Shown: piece by piece, positions 11,464 to 24,325 of the stretch
How positions within the stretch are numbered: position 1 is the stretch's first letter
Layout: every line of letters begins with the position of its first letter
From: Octopus bimaculoides
Taxonomy: Eukaryota
Direction of reading: 5' to 3'
Length of the DNA stretch: 64,000 nucleotides
Assembly: GCF_001194135.2 (NCBI RefSeq)
Contig: NC_068981.1
Span: forward strand, 55,299,632 to 55,363,631
Position numbers and translations under genes: made by a program
The notes under the pieces: generated by a model
The model's database searches: none
What the model saw: the letters and a program-made list of their open reading frames with translations, nothing else
What the model was told of the DNA's origin: nothing

Positions 11464-12423
11464 CTGCAACAAAAATTGAATAAAACCAATGAAAATCAAG
11501 ACTCAGAAAAAAACCAACTTAGTATATTAAAATGATCTAAAACCTACTTAGTAAATAATCATTATGATATTGTCTTTTTATCTAAAAAGGAAAATATTTG
11601 AACTTTGCTATAGTAATAAAGAGAAATCAGAAAATTTTAGATTACAATATTCAAGTGACAATCAAAGAGTCAAATTTAGGAACTTGAATATACACACACA
11701 CACACAAGGAAATCTAACAGTAAAAAAAACAAAAGAGCTAAGTCATAAACTATAACGCCATAAATATGTTTCCTATCCACTAAGGGACTGTTAGGGGATA
11801 ATGCTAAGTTTTATCACCATGGTAAGTAAATGAAAGATAATTTCAACATGGAGAGGGTGTTACCTAAAGTTATCTAAGGTAATATTTCCAAACAATCAGT
11901 TACTTATTCCTTGGCAGCTATGTGAACTGAGACTCAGATAATTAAGTATAGTGCTCAAATACACTGAAAAATGCTTATTATGTATATGAACTCCTTAGAA
12001 ATATAACCATAACCACACAGCTATTTTACTTGCACACAATGATGTCTTAAAGAGGAATTCTTAGCTCATAAAGAAAATCAGAAAAAATAACAAGAAAATT
12101 CAAATTAGAATTATCTTCCTAGCTGTAACATTACATAATATATCAAGAATTTTTTATTATTTCTTTTTTTACACAGATATCTTTCAGGGCAATGTGCACT
12201 AAAACTTTTAATTACTCTAGTTTGATGAGCAGTTGGCACTAACCATAAAATGCTTGTAGTCCTAATAGATGGATTACATTAAAAATAAATGTCTATTTTC
12301 TCTTAGACGTTTATTTATAATAAAGCTCTTCAAACACAGTTCTATATTTATATTATTTACATTCAACAGATATTTTACATTATTTACATTTGATGGATAT
12401 TTGTCCTCATCTTGTTTGTTGTT

Positions 12424-12469
12424 AACACAACATTTCAGCTGATATACCCTCCAGCCTTCTTCAGGTGTC
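12424..12469 (-). ncRNA. Hammerhead motif, degenerate (GAAAC to GAAAU)
   Basis: Reverse complement reads GACAC CTGAAGA AGGCTG GAGGGTATAT CAGCT GAAATGTT GTGTT. Confidence 0.6.
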
Positions 12470-12545
12470 TTGAGGAAATTTTGAACCTGGGTTCTCATTC
12501 CTAAGATATCTTTTTTCGATATTATTATTATTATCATTATTATTA

Positions 12546-12607
<62 letters not shown>

Positions 12608-13125
12608 NNNNNNNNNNNNNNNNNNNNNNNNNNNNNNNNNNNNNNNNNNNNNNNNNNNNNNNNNNNNNNNNNNNNNNNNNNNNNNNNNNNNNNNNNNNNN
12701 NNNNNNNNNNNNNNNNNNNNNNNNNNNNNNNNNNNNNNNNNNNNNNNNNNNNNNNNNNNNNNNNNNNNNNNNNNNNNNNNNNNNNNNNNNNNNNNNNNNN
12801 NNNNNNNNNNNNNNNNNNNNNNNNNNNNNNNNNNNNNNNNNNNNNNNNNNNNNNNNNNNNNNNNNNNNNNNNNNNNNNNNNNNNNNNNNNNNNNNNNNNN
12901 NNNNNNNNNNNNNNNNNNNNNNNNNNNNNNNNNNNNNNNNNNNNNNNNNNNNNNNNNNNNNNNNNNNNNNNNNNNNNNNNNNNNNNNNNNNNNNNNNNNN
13001 NNNNNNNNNNNNNNNNNNNNNNNNNNNNNNNNNNNNNNNNNNNNNNNNNNNNNNNNNNNNNNNNNNNNNNNNNNNNNNNNNNNNNNNNNNNNNNNNNNNN
13101 NNNNNNNNNNNNNNNNNNNNNNNNN
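12608..13125. other. Assembly gap (N run)
   Basis: Ns; lies between the inverted HHR arms. Confidence 0.99.
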
Positions 13126-13290
13126 AACATACAGAAAATTGCACTACTGGGCACTGCACACATCCTATGCAAAACACTTTCAATACAGTAACCATAAGAG
13201 CATCACAGCAAACCACAGCACATATCCAAGGCACACAGAGCTGCGCTCGATAGTGAAGTGAAAGCACGTTATAAAAATAAAACTACTGAA
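13126..13290 (+). mobile_element. R4/Dong-like non-LTR retrotransposon 3' end in (TAA)n
   Basis: NIQKIALLGTAHILCKTLSIQ* is the C-terminal motif typical of REL-endonuclease R4/Dong LINEs. A short 3' UTR ends ...AACTACTGAA followed by (AAT)n. Confidence 0.75.
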
Positions 13291-13366
13291 CAATAATAAT
13301 AATAATAACAACAACAACATCGAAAAATGCCTTAGGAATGAGAACCCAGGTTCGAAATTTCCCCAA

Positions 13367-13412
13367 GACACCTGAAGAAGGCTGGAGGGTATATCAGCTG
13401 AAACGTTGTGTT
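13367..13412 (+). ncRNA. Minimal type-I hammerhead ribozyme motif (intact core)
   Basis: GACAC-CUGAAGA-A-GGCUG(gagggtatat)CAGCU-GAAA-CG-U-U-GUGUU: stem I GACAC/GUGUU, stem II GGCUG/CAGCU, palindromic stem III ACGU, GUU cleavage triplet. This fits the dimeric minimal HHRs known from Penelope-like elements. Confidence 0.7.
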
Positions 13413-15301
13413 AACAACAAACAAGATGAGGACAAATATCCATTGAATGTAAATAATGTAAATAATCTAAATAATGTTCTTCAAACACACATTAATTTAT
13501 AATTTGTACATCAAGAAAATCACTCCATTCTAAAATATAAATTACTGAAAAGATATTAAATATAAATGAAAAAAATTGAATTAAGTTTTGCTTTATTGCT
13601 TAAGAGAAAATCCAATCGTAAATCATTTGCAACAGAACGGTAAAAACAATGTTGAAGTAGAAAAAAAAACATGAAAACTGAAGAAATATGGGGCCTAAAG
13701 GGAACTTTTCTTACAATTATAACAGATGGTTTTATTGACCACAAACAGACTAGTGTCAAGGATAAGTGTAGTTTATTTAGAAACAGCCTCTTGCAAGCTT
13801 TGATAAAGGTTGAGGATGGCCTAACAGTTTCTTTAAACATATGTGATGGCAGAATGCTGAAGCAAGTCAAGCAGTTAATAAGAAAGAAGGAAAATGGGAG
13901 AATTACAAGGAAAGAAAGCCATCATGGCACAGAAATACTAAGACGCAAAATGGAAGGCTAAAAACAGGTATTCCTAGGAAGAATAATGACACAGTTAAGA
14001 AGTATTCTAAAAATGTAAAGGGGACGAAAATAAGGTATAAATAATTAGACTAGAAAAAAACAGATGGTAAAAGCAAATGAAAACACCACAGGAGAAATTT
14101 CTATGTGTAAACATTCATAGAGACATAGTAACAATAGGAAAGTGATCCATTTAAGGGTTCATGAAAATTATTAATTAGATGTATTAAAAAAACTAAGGAG
14201 AGTCAACAGAGAGTCAGACAAATACTGTTAGTGTACCAGTATTCACTCAAGCTATTTCTGTTCCGAGTTCAAATCTTGCCACAGTCAACTTTGCCTTTCA
14301 TCATTCCAGAATCAATAATGTAAAGTACCAATCAGGAACTGGTGTAAATTCATTTCTTGGTATTGGCTGCACTGTACTGTGAGAACATGGTAGATCACTC
14401 ACAGTATTCCATTTCTCCAAGACAGCCACTTCCATCTTGTCACAGAGGATGAATGTGACCACCAAGTTCCTGACAGAGAACAGCATACGATCATGATGAT
14501 GGCAGTGATGTATGTAAAAGGCAGTGAGTAGATGCAGGGGAGATTAAAAAACTAGAGTGCTAGTTTCAAAAGGATATAACCTAAGAACATAACACTTTTG
14601 CAACTATATTTCTGGACAGAGTTACTATGAGCTTCAACTGAGTTTAAATATAATTAAGTCTTTATAGAGGTTTGACAAAATATCTGTAACTTTGCTAATT
14701 TGTATATGGCATGTTAGTCTCGACCAACTGAAATCTTACAAGATCATTCAATCTAAATGGTCACTTTAATACAAGCTCTCTCAGGTGAATATTAAAAATT
14801 CTTGAAATAACAATTTTAAAATTAAGAGATATAATGAGCAGGCACTACTATAGAAGTAGTTTGAATAGAAAGGTCTCAAAGAGATGAGGGGAAAACTACT
14901 GCCATAAAACTTACTCAAAAAATTGTCATCGCTGTTACCAGCTGCTTGAAAAAAGTGTTACAATATGAAAACTGAAGTGATATCATTAAGACAGAAAGAA
15001 ACCAAAGATACTATTAACTAGCTGTGATAACAGTTTAGAATGATACGAATCATGCACATATAGTTAAGGGTAACTTTAATAAACACACCAGAAAATAATT
15101 ACCTTCATAAAAGGAGGAGGAGGAGTCTCTTTTTTTCTTTAGATAGCTAAAGATGGACTGCTTTACACACATGCCAAAACACATAAGAGCCGAAAAACAT
15201 TTCACAACATTCAAATATCTCCAATAAATTCCAGATAAACCACCTACACCCAGATATATCTCTGCAAACAATCACTCTTTACTTGAATGGGCTATGCTGC
15301 C

Positions 15302-15520
15302 AAGGCAGCAAGCTGGCAGAAATGTTAGCATGCTGGGCGAAATGCTTAGTGGTATTTTGTCTGTCTTTACATTCTGAGTTCAAATTCTGCCGAGGTCAAT
15401 TTTACCTTTCATTCTTTCGAGGTCGATAAATTAAGTACCAGTTGCGTACTGGAGTTGATCTAATCAACTGGCCCCTCCCCAAAAATGTGAGGCCTTGTGC
15501 CTAGAGTAAAAAAGAATATT
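15302..15520 (+). mobile_element. tRNA-derived SINE, family B
   Basis: GGCAGCAAGCTGGCAGAAATGTTAGC..GAGTTCAAATTC..CCTTTCATTCTTTCGAGGTCGATAAATTAAGTACCAG..GCCTTGTGCC. The central block resembles a Meta-type domain (from recall, unverified). Confidence 0.85.
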
Positions 15521-15673
15521 AACAAATCACCTGAGAAAACACAACTAGATCTCATAATGCAGGGAAACGGTTGCATAACCAAGTACCTGCACACCTGGAG
15601 AAACACATTGCATAGAAACAATTGTAGTGATTGAAAATAAATGTCCAACCATACTCCTTGTTGAGCCCAAATT

Positions 15674-15675
<2 letters not shown>

Positions 15676-15761
<86 letters not shown>

Positions 15762-15779
15762 TACATACATACATACATA
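15676..15779. repeat. Compound (TACA)n(CA)n microsatellite next to a gap; other large SSRs at ~6851-6890, 16986-17030, 24268-24330, 28679-28736, 46070-46125
   Basis: Read directly. Confidence 0.95.
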
Positions 15780-15789
15780 NNNNNNNNNN
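15780..15789. other. Assembly gap (10 N)
   Basis: Ns adjacent to a microsatellite. Confidence 0.99.
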
Positions 15790-15967
15790 TGCCTTTTAGG
15801 ATTGATAAAAATAAGTACCAGTTGAACACTGGGGTTCATGTAGTCATCTTACCCCACCCTCAAAATTGCTGGTATTGTGCCAAAATGTGAAACCAATATA
15901 TATATATATATATATATAAATGCTGAAAATGTGCAGAAAATAGACTCCATCAACTGCTGGGGGGGGG

Positions 15968-16965
15968 GGCAAGCTAGAGGTAGTAGGTAGCTTCTGTTAT
16001 CTAGATCACCAAGTTAGTAGTGGAGGTTGATGCTCCAAGAGCGTAACTGTGAGAATAAGATTAGGCTGGGCAAAGTTTAGAAAGCTCCTACTCCTGCTAG
16101 CAACAAAAGACCTATCTCTCAGGGTGAAAGGTAGATTGTATGATGCTTGTGTGTGAACAGCCATGCTACATGGCAGTGAAACAATGGGCTGTGACAGCCA
16201 AGGACATGCATAGACTTGAAAGAAATGAAGCCAGTATGCTTTGCTGGATGTGCAGTGTCAGTGTGCATGTTTGACAGAGTGTAAGCATCTTGAGAGAAAG
16301 TTAAGCATAAGAGGCATCAGATGTGGTGTGCAAGAGAGATGGCTATGCATATGGACAAAGACAGCTGTGTAAAGAAGTGTCAATCTCTAACTGTGGAAGG
16401 AACCTGTGGTAGAGGCAGACCCAAGAAGACATTAGACGAGGTAGTGAAGCATGATCTCCAAACTTTGAGCCTCACAGAGGCAATGACTAGTGACCAAGAC
16501 CTCTGGCAATATGCTGTGCTTGAAAAGAGCTGTCAAACCAAGTGAATTTGTAGTTGTAACTGATGCTGGTGTCATGTAACTGGCATCTGTGCTAGTGGCA
16601 TGTAAAGAGCCCTTTCGAGTGTCGGGCCTGAGAGCTGGGTTCCTTTCGAGTGTTGGACATCATGGAGGCAAAGTGGTTGAGTTCCTTTTAAGTGTTGGGA
16701 GGCAATGACCAAGACCTTTGGAATTATATTGTACTTGAGAAGAAGACCCATCAAGCCATGCAAAATCACAGTTGTGGTAGATACCAGTGCCATGCTGGTG
16801 GCATGCAAAAGTATCCATTACACTCTCGGAGTGGTTGGCATTAGAAAGGGCATCCAGCCACAGAAACCATGTCAAATCAGATAGGAGTCTGATGCAGCCT
16901 TCCAGCTTGCCAGCCCTGGTCAAACCATCCAACCCATGCCAGCACGGACAACAGACGTTATATAA
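15968..16965 (+). mobile_element. RTE LINE 3' fragment (decayed)
   Basis: LEVVGSFCY..., RVKGRLYDAC..AMLHGSET, ERNEASML, GTCGRGRPKKT.DEVVKHDL; family 3' UTR follows. Confidence 0.85.
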
Positions 16966-16987
16966 TGATAATATGTATGTATATGCA

Positions 16988-17033
<46 letters not shown>

Positions 17034-20000
17034 CACATTGTGTGCGTGTGTGTAATAAATAAAATGGAGGAAATAGAAAGAGAACTGAAAAAAAAAGCTG
17101 ACAATGCTTTTCAATAAAATTAGAACCAGTAAAATAAATACTGGGATTCGTACAACTAAAAACACTTCAATATAACGGCTTAGCATGCTCACAGTTTAAA
17201 TACTGATTTAGGAAATAATTAAATTATTGTGTGTATGTGTGGGCAAGCATAGACAGACAGATAAGACCTTTGCTTCACAACTAGATGGTTGGAAGTCCAA
17301 TCTTACAGCATGGGACCTCAAATAAGTTTCTTGTACAGTTGCCTTGTGAGTGAAAGCTAGTAGGAAAAGTTAGGAAATTATGTGTGTGTGTGTCCATGTC
17401 CACATATGTACGTAAATACATACATACACATGGACAGACACACATGCACAGATATGTATGCTTATGTTAACTGGGGTAACAAGTTACAACCTTTTATGCT
17501 TAAGCAGATACATTAATGTAATGGTATTGGAGTCAATATTATCAACAAAAGCCCTTGGAAACAGAATCCCAGTACAACAGAACTGAAATTAATATAACCA
17601 GTAAAAGAGCATGCACACACACACACGCACACACATGCACACAAGGAATGGAGACATGAGCTCTACAAAATGAAAAGTAGAATATTACTTCACCTGTTAC
17701 TTATGTTTTTAATTATGTCACAGCCTAAATTTTATTTTGATTTCAGAGATGTATCAAAACAAATTGCAAAGAAACATTAAGGAAGGGAAACAAAACAGTA
17801 TTGGAGACTGTTGACAGGTATGCTAGTGACCTCATAAATATTGAAATATATGAAATCTTGCATCTGTTTATAAGACGAGAAGGGGAGGGCAAGAACAGAA
17901 AAACAGGAAGGATGAAAGGTTAAAAAAGATATGGACTATGAGGGGCACCCAGAGTGACTGAACAACATAGAGAAAGAAGACAAAAGAGGAAACACCAAAT
18001 CACATGCTGCTGGTGGGAGAGAAGATAGCTAAGAATAATGTAACTGACAGAATGAGAACAGATGCTGCTACAATTAGAAAAAGAGAAACAAAAATGCTGA
18101 AGTGCTAAATGAGAAAGATAAAAGTTGGGGAGCAATGAGCCATATACACTGTACATGGTGACCAATTAGAAAGTATAGTACATTTCATGTGACCAATACA
18201 CAAAAGAAAACATTTCTTATGCATTTTTTTATTATTATTGCTGATGAGATAACGAATAATGAAATAATACAATACACATAAACCTTGGATGGACTAATAA
18301 AACAACCAAACTATATAATACTGACAATGTAAAAGTGCAAGTCCTGAACATAAAGACTATGTTCTAAAGCTAAGATGCTCTGACTCTAAGCTTTAATATA
18401 TACAGTCTAAAGACATCTCTACCCAGCAAAATTGTATGTCATCTTAATTCTATCATCATATAGTTAGCAGCACCTTAAAATTAACTGCCATATAAATGAT
18501 TAAAAAAATGTCCTAATTAAAGTTTATCTTATAAAATACCATAAGTACATTTTAAAATAATTAATGCTTACAGCATTTGATGTAAACTTTCGTTATAAAT
18601 AATAGAAGAGGACAAAATTTGTTGATGGCAACTACAACTGTCATCTTTCTGAGGAGCAATAAAACACATACCAATCAAATACTAGTATCTAATTAATTGA
18701 TAATACTCGTCTCTAAAATGTGTGGCCTTGTGACAGTGATAGAAACATTTTATTAATAAGTATTCTCTGAAATAACTCATTTCATATAACCTTTCTATAC
18801 AGAGTCAAAGATTTTTTGATGAATCACTGTTACATTACACTGTTCGGTGAAATTACTATGATGAAATAAAATCAAGTCGGCTTCAACCACTAGGTAGACT
18901 TTTACAAAGGCATTTTTACTTAACTGGGGCCACTTAAATGTTCTACTTGTGATTCAAAGGTATCAAGTTAATATTCATTGTAATTAATACAATCTATGAA
19001 GTTCAGACTGAATGAAGCTTTTTTTTTTTTTCTTCTTTTTATTTCTGAGAAGCCAAAAGGCAGAAATATATCCCAAAATACAGTGGAAGCTGACCAGATT
19101 CTAAATTATTGCTGTAACAAATATCTGAAGATCTTCTGATAAACAAGATAGGTTTTGATATTTTAAATGGAATGGTCTAATGCATCCAATAAAGGCTAAG
19201 ACAGTGGCACACCCATCAAATATAGAGGATGTAATAGAGATTATAATGAACAGCAAATGACAAGAATGAAAGGAAAAATTTTAATGGAAGTATATTTGAT
19301 TCACGCGAGAAGTAGATACTTTAGGAAAACCACAAAAGGAAGCTGAAGATTGCAAACTTCCTTTTTGTGACAATTACTTCTGCAGATAAAAAGAAAGAAA
19401 TCAAAAAACACCTTCCCAGATAAATGATCTTGGGTGTAAAAAAGAGATTTCTGTCATTATCTATCAAAAGAACAGGAAGCATACGTCTAAATAAACAGCC
19501 AGTATAAATAGACAAGATTACTGAAGCAAGTAAATTTTCTTGCCAGAATCTGGTAAAATATCAAGAACAAATCTTAAAAAATCAAACTCAAATGGTTTTG
19601 AAGCATCTCTAGACAGCTCCAGTGAGGCAGAGTCTTTCAGTGATGTGGTGATATAAGTTAAATTAAAGAAACTTCCATAGATAGAACTAAGCAATAACTA
19701 GCATTAACTGAGATCTCAAGTAAAGGTTATCATTTAACATGTACTGTAAGTAATAAATGATATCATAAACCTACACTATCTTCATACAGTTTAGACAAAA
19801 ATCTACACCAATCCCTATTACAATGTTATCAGACATGTACTTGATAAGAAAAGAGTACTATAATTCAAAACAGCCAATTCAAAATATGTGGTTGATAAAT
19901 ACTTAAGTGTCAAGAAAGATTAAAATGAAAGTATTCTAAAAGATTTTTGCAAAACAAACTAAAAATGATATGCCGTACCTAAAGCAAAAGAATTTGCATT

Positions 20001-20449
20001 GTATGCTAAAATATTTGGGGGATTAAAATAATCTTATTCCATGTGCCAAAGCACACAGGCAAAAATCTGCCAGCTCTTTCAAATGTTATGCGTCTATCAG
20101 ATTATATCACTATTCCAAACTCATCATAGCTGGTATTTAAAAAGTTATTCTGCTATAACCATAACCCCAAGTAGAGATAGACAATGAGATAATGGCTAGA
20201 GAACCAAAATTCAAAGACAAATTTGCTAATATGCCAATATTGTACAAGATCTCTGACTATCATTTAGAAACTTCAGTTTTCTTATATCATGCAGCAGCAT
20301 CAATGGCTAACAGATTTTTCTTTTTCTTTTTAAGATAAATTTTCTCAGCATGTACCTTCATTTTCTAATTTAAAACTTCTGAATATACGCATGTACATGC
20401 CTGTGCACAAGAACATCATCTACTTTTTTAGTGTCAGCATTTTGAGATC

Positions 20450-21400
20450 AAACATCTGTCTTTCTCAGTCTTTTTCTTCCACTTGGATCACTTAACACCT
20501 TCATAACCCAACAACCACCCTCTACATGTCCATACCAATGCAGTCTTCTCTCTTGTACACTACAACGAATTTCCCTTACACCCAAATTTTCTCTGAATTC
20601 AATTGTGCTCTATTATATATTCAAACTAACATTACACACCCAGTGGAACATATTCACCTCATTTCTTTACAAACAGTGTTTCACTACCATGAAATATGCT
20701 TCACATACAAGCATCATATAATGTACTTCACTTGGAGAATGAATCTCCTTGTTGCCAACAGAAATAACAGTTCCCATAACTTTCTTTATTCTGGGATCAC
20801 CTAGGTAACAGAAGCAGTCCTTTTCTCAGGAAATTTAAAGGCATTTCAAGAAAGTTAGATGGTCTAACTGCTAACAACTCCCAAACATTAGCTATATATA
20901 AAGTTATCCTGTCAACCTGTTCTTGATTCCACTAAGTTTTTGGTACTCCAATAGTTTATACTGGGTACACCACATGGAATGGTTACATATTCCTTCTCTG
21001 CATGTCAAGCATGGCAACTTCCCAAATGGTAGAAGAATCCTGTTTTTCTTTCCTACTAACTACAATATTTACTTTTGCTAGATTTAATTTGAGGACTATT
21101 TTTTATTCTAAGACTGCTTTCATATTTGGAATTTCTTCTCTATTTCTTCGACAGGTTCAGCTATGAGAAATAGGTCATTAGCATAGAGACATTCCAAAGA
21201 CAAATAGTCTTAAACTCTCTTTTTTTTACCTGGAAAACTATAACAAACAGGTAAGGCTGTGAAGCTAACCCTGATGGACATCTACTTGCACACTAAATTC
21301 TTTGCTAAATTCATTGCTAACCATCACATAGCTCTTACAAGCCTTTCAGATATATTTAGCTTTCTTGTCAACCACTAGACTAGAGTTTGGTGTCCTCAGA
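20450..21400 (-). mobile_element. Old RTE LINE remnant
   Basis: Minus strand gives degenerate LLATRRF..QVK..YDAC...HGSET motifs. Boundaries approximate. Confidence 0.6.
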
Positions 21401-21689
21401 GGCCTTCTTTATATATATACTTAAGTACAGTGGCTTCTGCTTAACTAAGAACTTCCAAGTTATCTCACTAAGAAGAGTGTATCCAGAGAATCACAACCTA
21501 ACACAAACCTAAACTGCAGATCTTTAAGTTGATTTCTTTCCTAATTAGTTATGCATATAACTCTTTCTGTTACATTCATAACATGATTCACCAGTTTCAT
21601 GCCATTAAATGAAGAGCATCTCCTTTGCATTTATAACAGTTCACCAATCTGCCAGTCATAGAGGTATGACACTGCTCTATATTGGTTTC

Positions 21690-21860
21690 AAATTTAAGCA
21701 CAAGGCCAGCAATTTTAGGGGAGGGGTAAATCAATTACATCAATCCCAGTGCTCAGCTGGTACTTATCTTATCAACCAAGAAAAGCAAGGTTGACCATGG
21801 TGGAATCTGAACTCAGAACGTAATGATGGATGAAATGCCACTAAGTATTTTTCCCTAAAA
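21690..21860 (-). mobile_element. SINE family B, decayed
   Basis: GGTACTTATCTTATC..ATCTGAACTCAGAAC is the reverse complement of the family B core. Confidence 0.65.
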
Positions 21861-22720
21861 GAAAAGGGAATTTGATGGTGAGTGAGTTGTTTAATGTCAG
21901 TTTTCTTTATCTGAGAAGAAAAGCAACAATGTGCTCATTTGATGACAGTCGAAGGGTTCTTGCACATAACTGGAGGTTCACACTTAGCTAACATGTGACT
22001 ATTGTGATTTTGATATTACACTTCCTATTCCCAACTACTTTGCAACATTAATTGGGTGCATTTTATCATGTCTCTAGTACTAGACAAACTATTTGACATG
22101 ACTTGAAGACATCCCTCTACACAAACAGTTTTAATTTAGAGTTTCTGTTGGACATGTTTCATTGCTCACCTTCAATAGATTTTTTTAAACAAGTGCAACT
22201 CTTGTTTAAGACATGTATGATTAAAAATACAGCTGTAATATTTCCGAACACCAAGTAACTGCATTTTCTAAATATATGTAACACTACATTTTAGCAGAAG
22301 AATATAAGTCACAAGTGATGCATAAGGGCATTGTTGTTGCAAAGCCTCAACTGTTGTTTGTATATTAGGTATTGAGTTTGTTCTTTGTGTAACTATAGTT
22401 CTAAATGTATTCCTATGATTATCATCAAAATTACAAGCAATAACCATAGAATAGTATTCAATGGCTTCAATACAACATACCTCAAAAAATAGCTGCTTCC
22501 CACTTATAAAAATATCAAAGCAATGCCCAGTTGTTTTGTTTTGTTCTTTTTGCATGTGTGTGTGTGCACGTGCGCATGCACACACACACACACACACACA
22601 CACACAACTAATAAACTTAGACACAAATGGAAATTATAAGAGTAGAAAGCCAAGAAAAAACAGCCAGCACTCTGAGGAATGAGAGAGGCTTTCAGAGATT
22701 ATAATAAAATTTTGTCTTAC

Positions 22721-22874
22721 TTGTTCCTTATTCCGAGTCATATGATTGGACTGAAGTCTTCGCAGAAGTGGAACACCATTCCTAGATTGACGTTTTAAAG
22801 TCCAATAACTTAAGAGTCGTGCCAAAAACTGCTGCTTCTTTTGTAAAGTAATTATGCCAGAAATTTTGGTTATT
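22721..22874 (-). CDS. BRPF1: BRPF1 coding exon 3 (154 nt)
   Basis: Acceptor aatttag|A completes the split Lys codon, then ITKISGIITLQKKQQFLARLLSYWTLKRQSRNGVPLLRRLQSNHMTRNKEQ. Donor CAA|GTAAGA, phase 0. Confidence 0.95.
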
Positions 22875-23219
22875 CTAAATTAAATAAAAAATAAACAAAA
22901 AAAAATTAAAATTGATTAAATCGCCAACCTGAGAGTAAAGAAACTGTTAATAGTTTAAGAAAAATAGAAAAGAAAATTTTTTTAATTGAAATGTCTCTAT
23001 GGAAGAAGGATTAAAACTTCAGTATATTGAAATAAAACACATTTGAAAGTGTAACCAACTGGATAAATGTAGATGCTTCCTATATCTAAAAATACAACAT
23101 ATATTCATATACACAATAAAATGCCCATATAAACACAGAGTTTCTGAAAAATAGTTTTAAGAGACAATTCATGTACTAGGTATTCTTTATTTCATGCTAT
23201 ATTATATTATATTATTATT

Positions 23220-23428
23220 AAGGTGGTGAGCTAGCAGAATTGTTAGCACATCAGGCAAAATGCTAAGCAGCATTTCGTCTGTCTTTATGTTCTGAGTTCA
23301 AATTCCACCAAGGTCAACTTTCATCCCTCAGGGTCGATAAATTAAGCACCAGTGGAACATTGGAGTCGATGTAATTGACTAGTCACCTCCCACCAAATTT
23401 CAGGCCTTATATCTTTAGTAGAAAGGAT
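23220..23428 (+). mobile_element. SINE family B; its (ATT)n tail hosts the Dong-like insertion
   Basis: Same motifs as 15302-15520. Confidence 0.85.
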
Positions 23429-23436
23429 TATTATTA

Positions 23437-23905
23437 TTCAGTAGTTTATTTTTATCACATGCTTTCACTGCACTACCGAGCGCAGCTCTGCATGCCTTGG
23501 GTATGTGCTATGGTTTGTCTTAGTGCTGTTATTTTCATTGTATTGAAAGTGCTTTATGTAGGAGGTGTGCAGTGCCTAATAGTGCTATTTTATGTATGTT
23601 ATATATAGCCGTAAGTCCTGGTGTTTTGTTATGTATTTGCCTGAAGGTTTTTTTAATCATACCTAATGCATCTATTGTTAAAGGGATTGTTTCTTTTTTT
23701 TCAGCTCCACATTAAGGTTATCTCTATTTCCAGATCTTTCTATTTTACGAGTTTCTGTTTCTTTTAGAGACACATTGTCATCTGTTGAAATTGATACATT
23801 GATTAGAAGGCATTTTATTTTTATCTCTGACAACTATATTCAGTCTATTAGTCTTGATTTCTCTGTGTGTGTTGGCATATCCCAGAGTATGGTTGCTTTG
23901 TCATT
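23437..23905 (-). mobile_element. R4/Dong-like LINE, 5'-truncated, REL endonuclease region
   Basis: Frameshifted minus translation: NDKATILWDMP...IKTNRLNIVVRDK..CLLINVSI..DDNVSLKE...KDLEIEIT...ETIPL..ALGMIKK...NIHKIALLGTAHLLHKALSIQ*. Same 3' UTR as 13126-13290; flanked by TAA repeats. Confidence 0.85.
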
Positions 23906-23915
23906 TATCATTATT

Positions 23916-24112
23916 AAGGTGGCAAGCTGGCAGAACCATTAACACACCAGGGAAAACGCTTAGCAGCATTTCATCCATCTTTACATCTGAGTTCAAATTT
24001 CACCAAATTCCACCTTTCAGGGTCAATTAAATAAGTACCAATTACACACTGGGGTCGATGTGACTTACCCACTCCCCTCAAATTTCAAGCCTTGTGCCTA
24101 TAGTAGAAAGGA
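23916..24112 (+). mobile_element. SINE family B
   Basis: Same motifs; followed by (CAT)n and a tiny RTE tail. Confidence 0.85.
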
Positions 24113-24287
24113 TCATCATCATCATCATCATCATCGTTTAACGTTATTATAATTGGTTTGCTGAGCAAATCAAAACTGCTATATAAACTCACAAGAAAAG
24201 GGGAATTCTACAAACAAAAGGATAAAAGGTTTAAATATTTACACTTTTAAAACAAGAAATTTCTTTAAGAGAGAGAGAGAGAGAGAG

Positions 24288-24325
<38 letters not shown>

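Larger units (their letters stand above)
12339..13477. mobile_element. Head-to-head inverted pair of hammerhead-bearing Penelope-like terminal repeats with (ATT)n/(AAT)n inner ends; interior is a gap plus a Dong-like insertion
   Basis: Left arm (~12339-12607) is antiparallel to right arm (~13291-13477). The unit is flanked by the direct repeat TCTTCAAACACA (12327-12338, 13478-13489). Confidence 0.85.
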
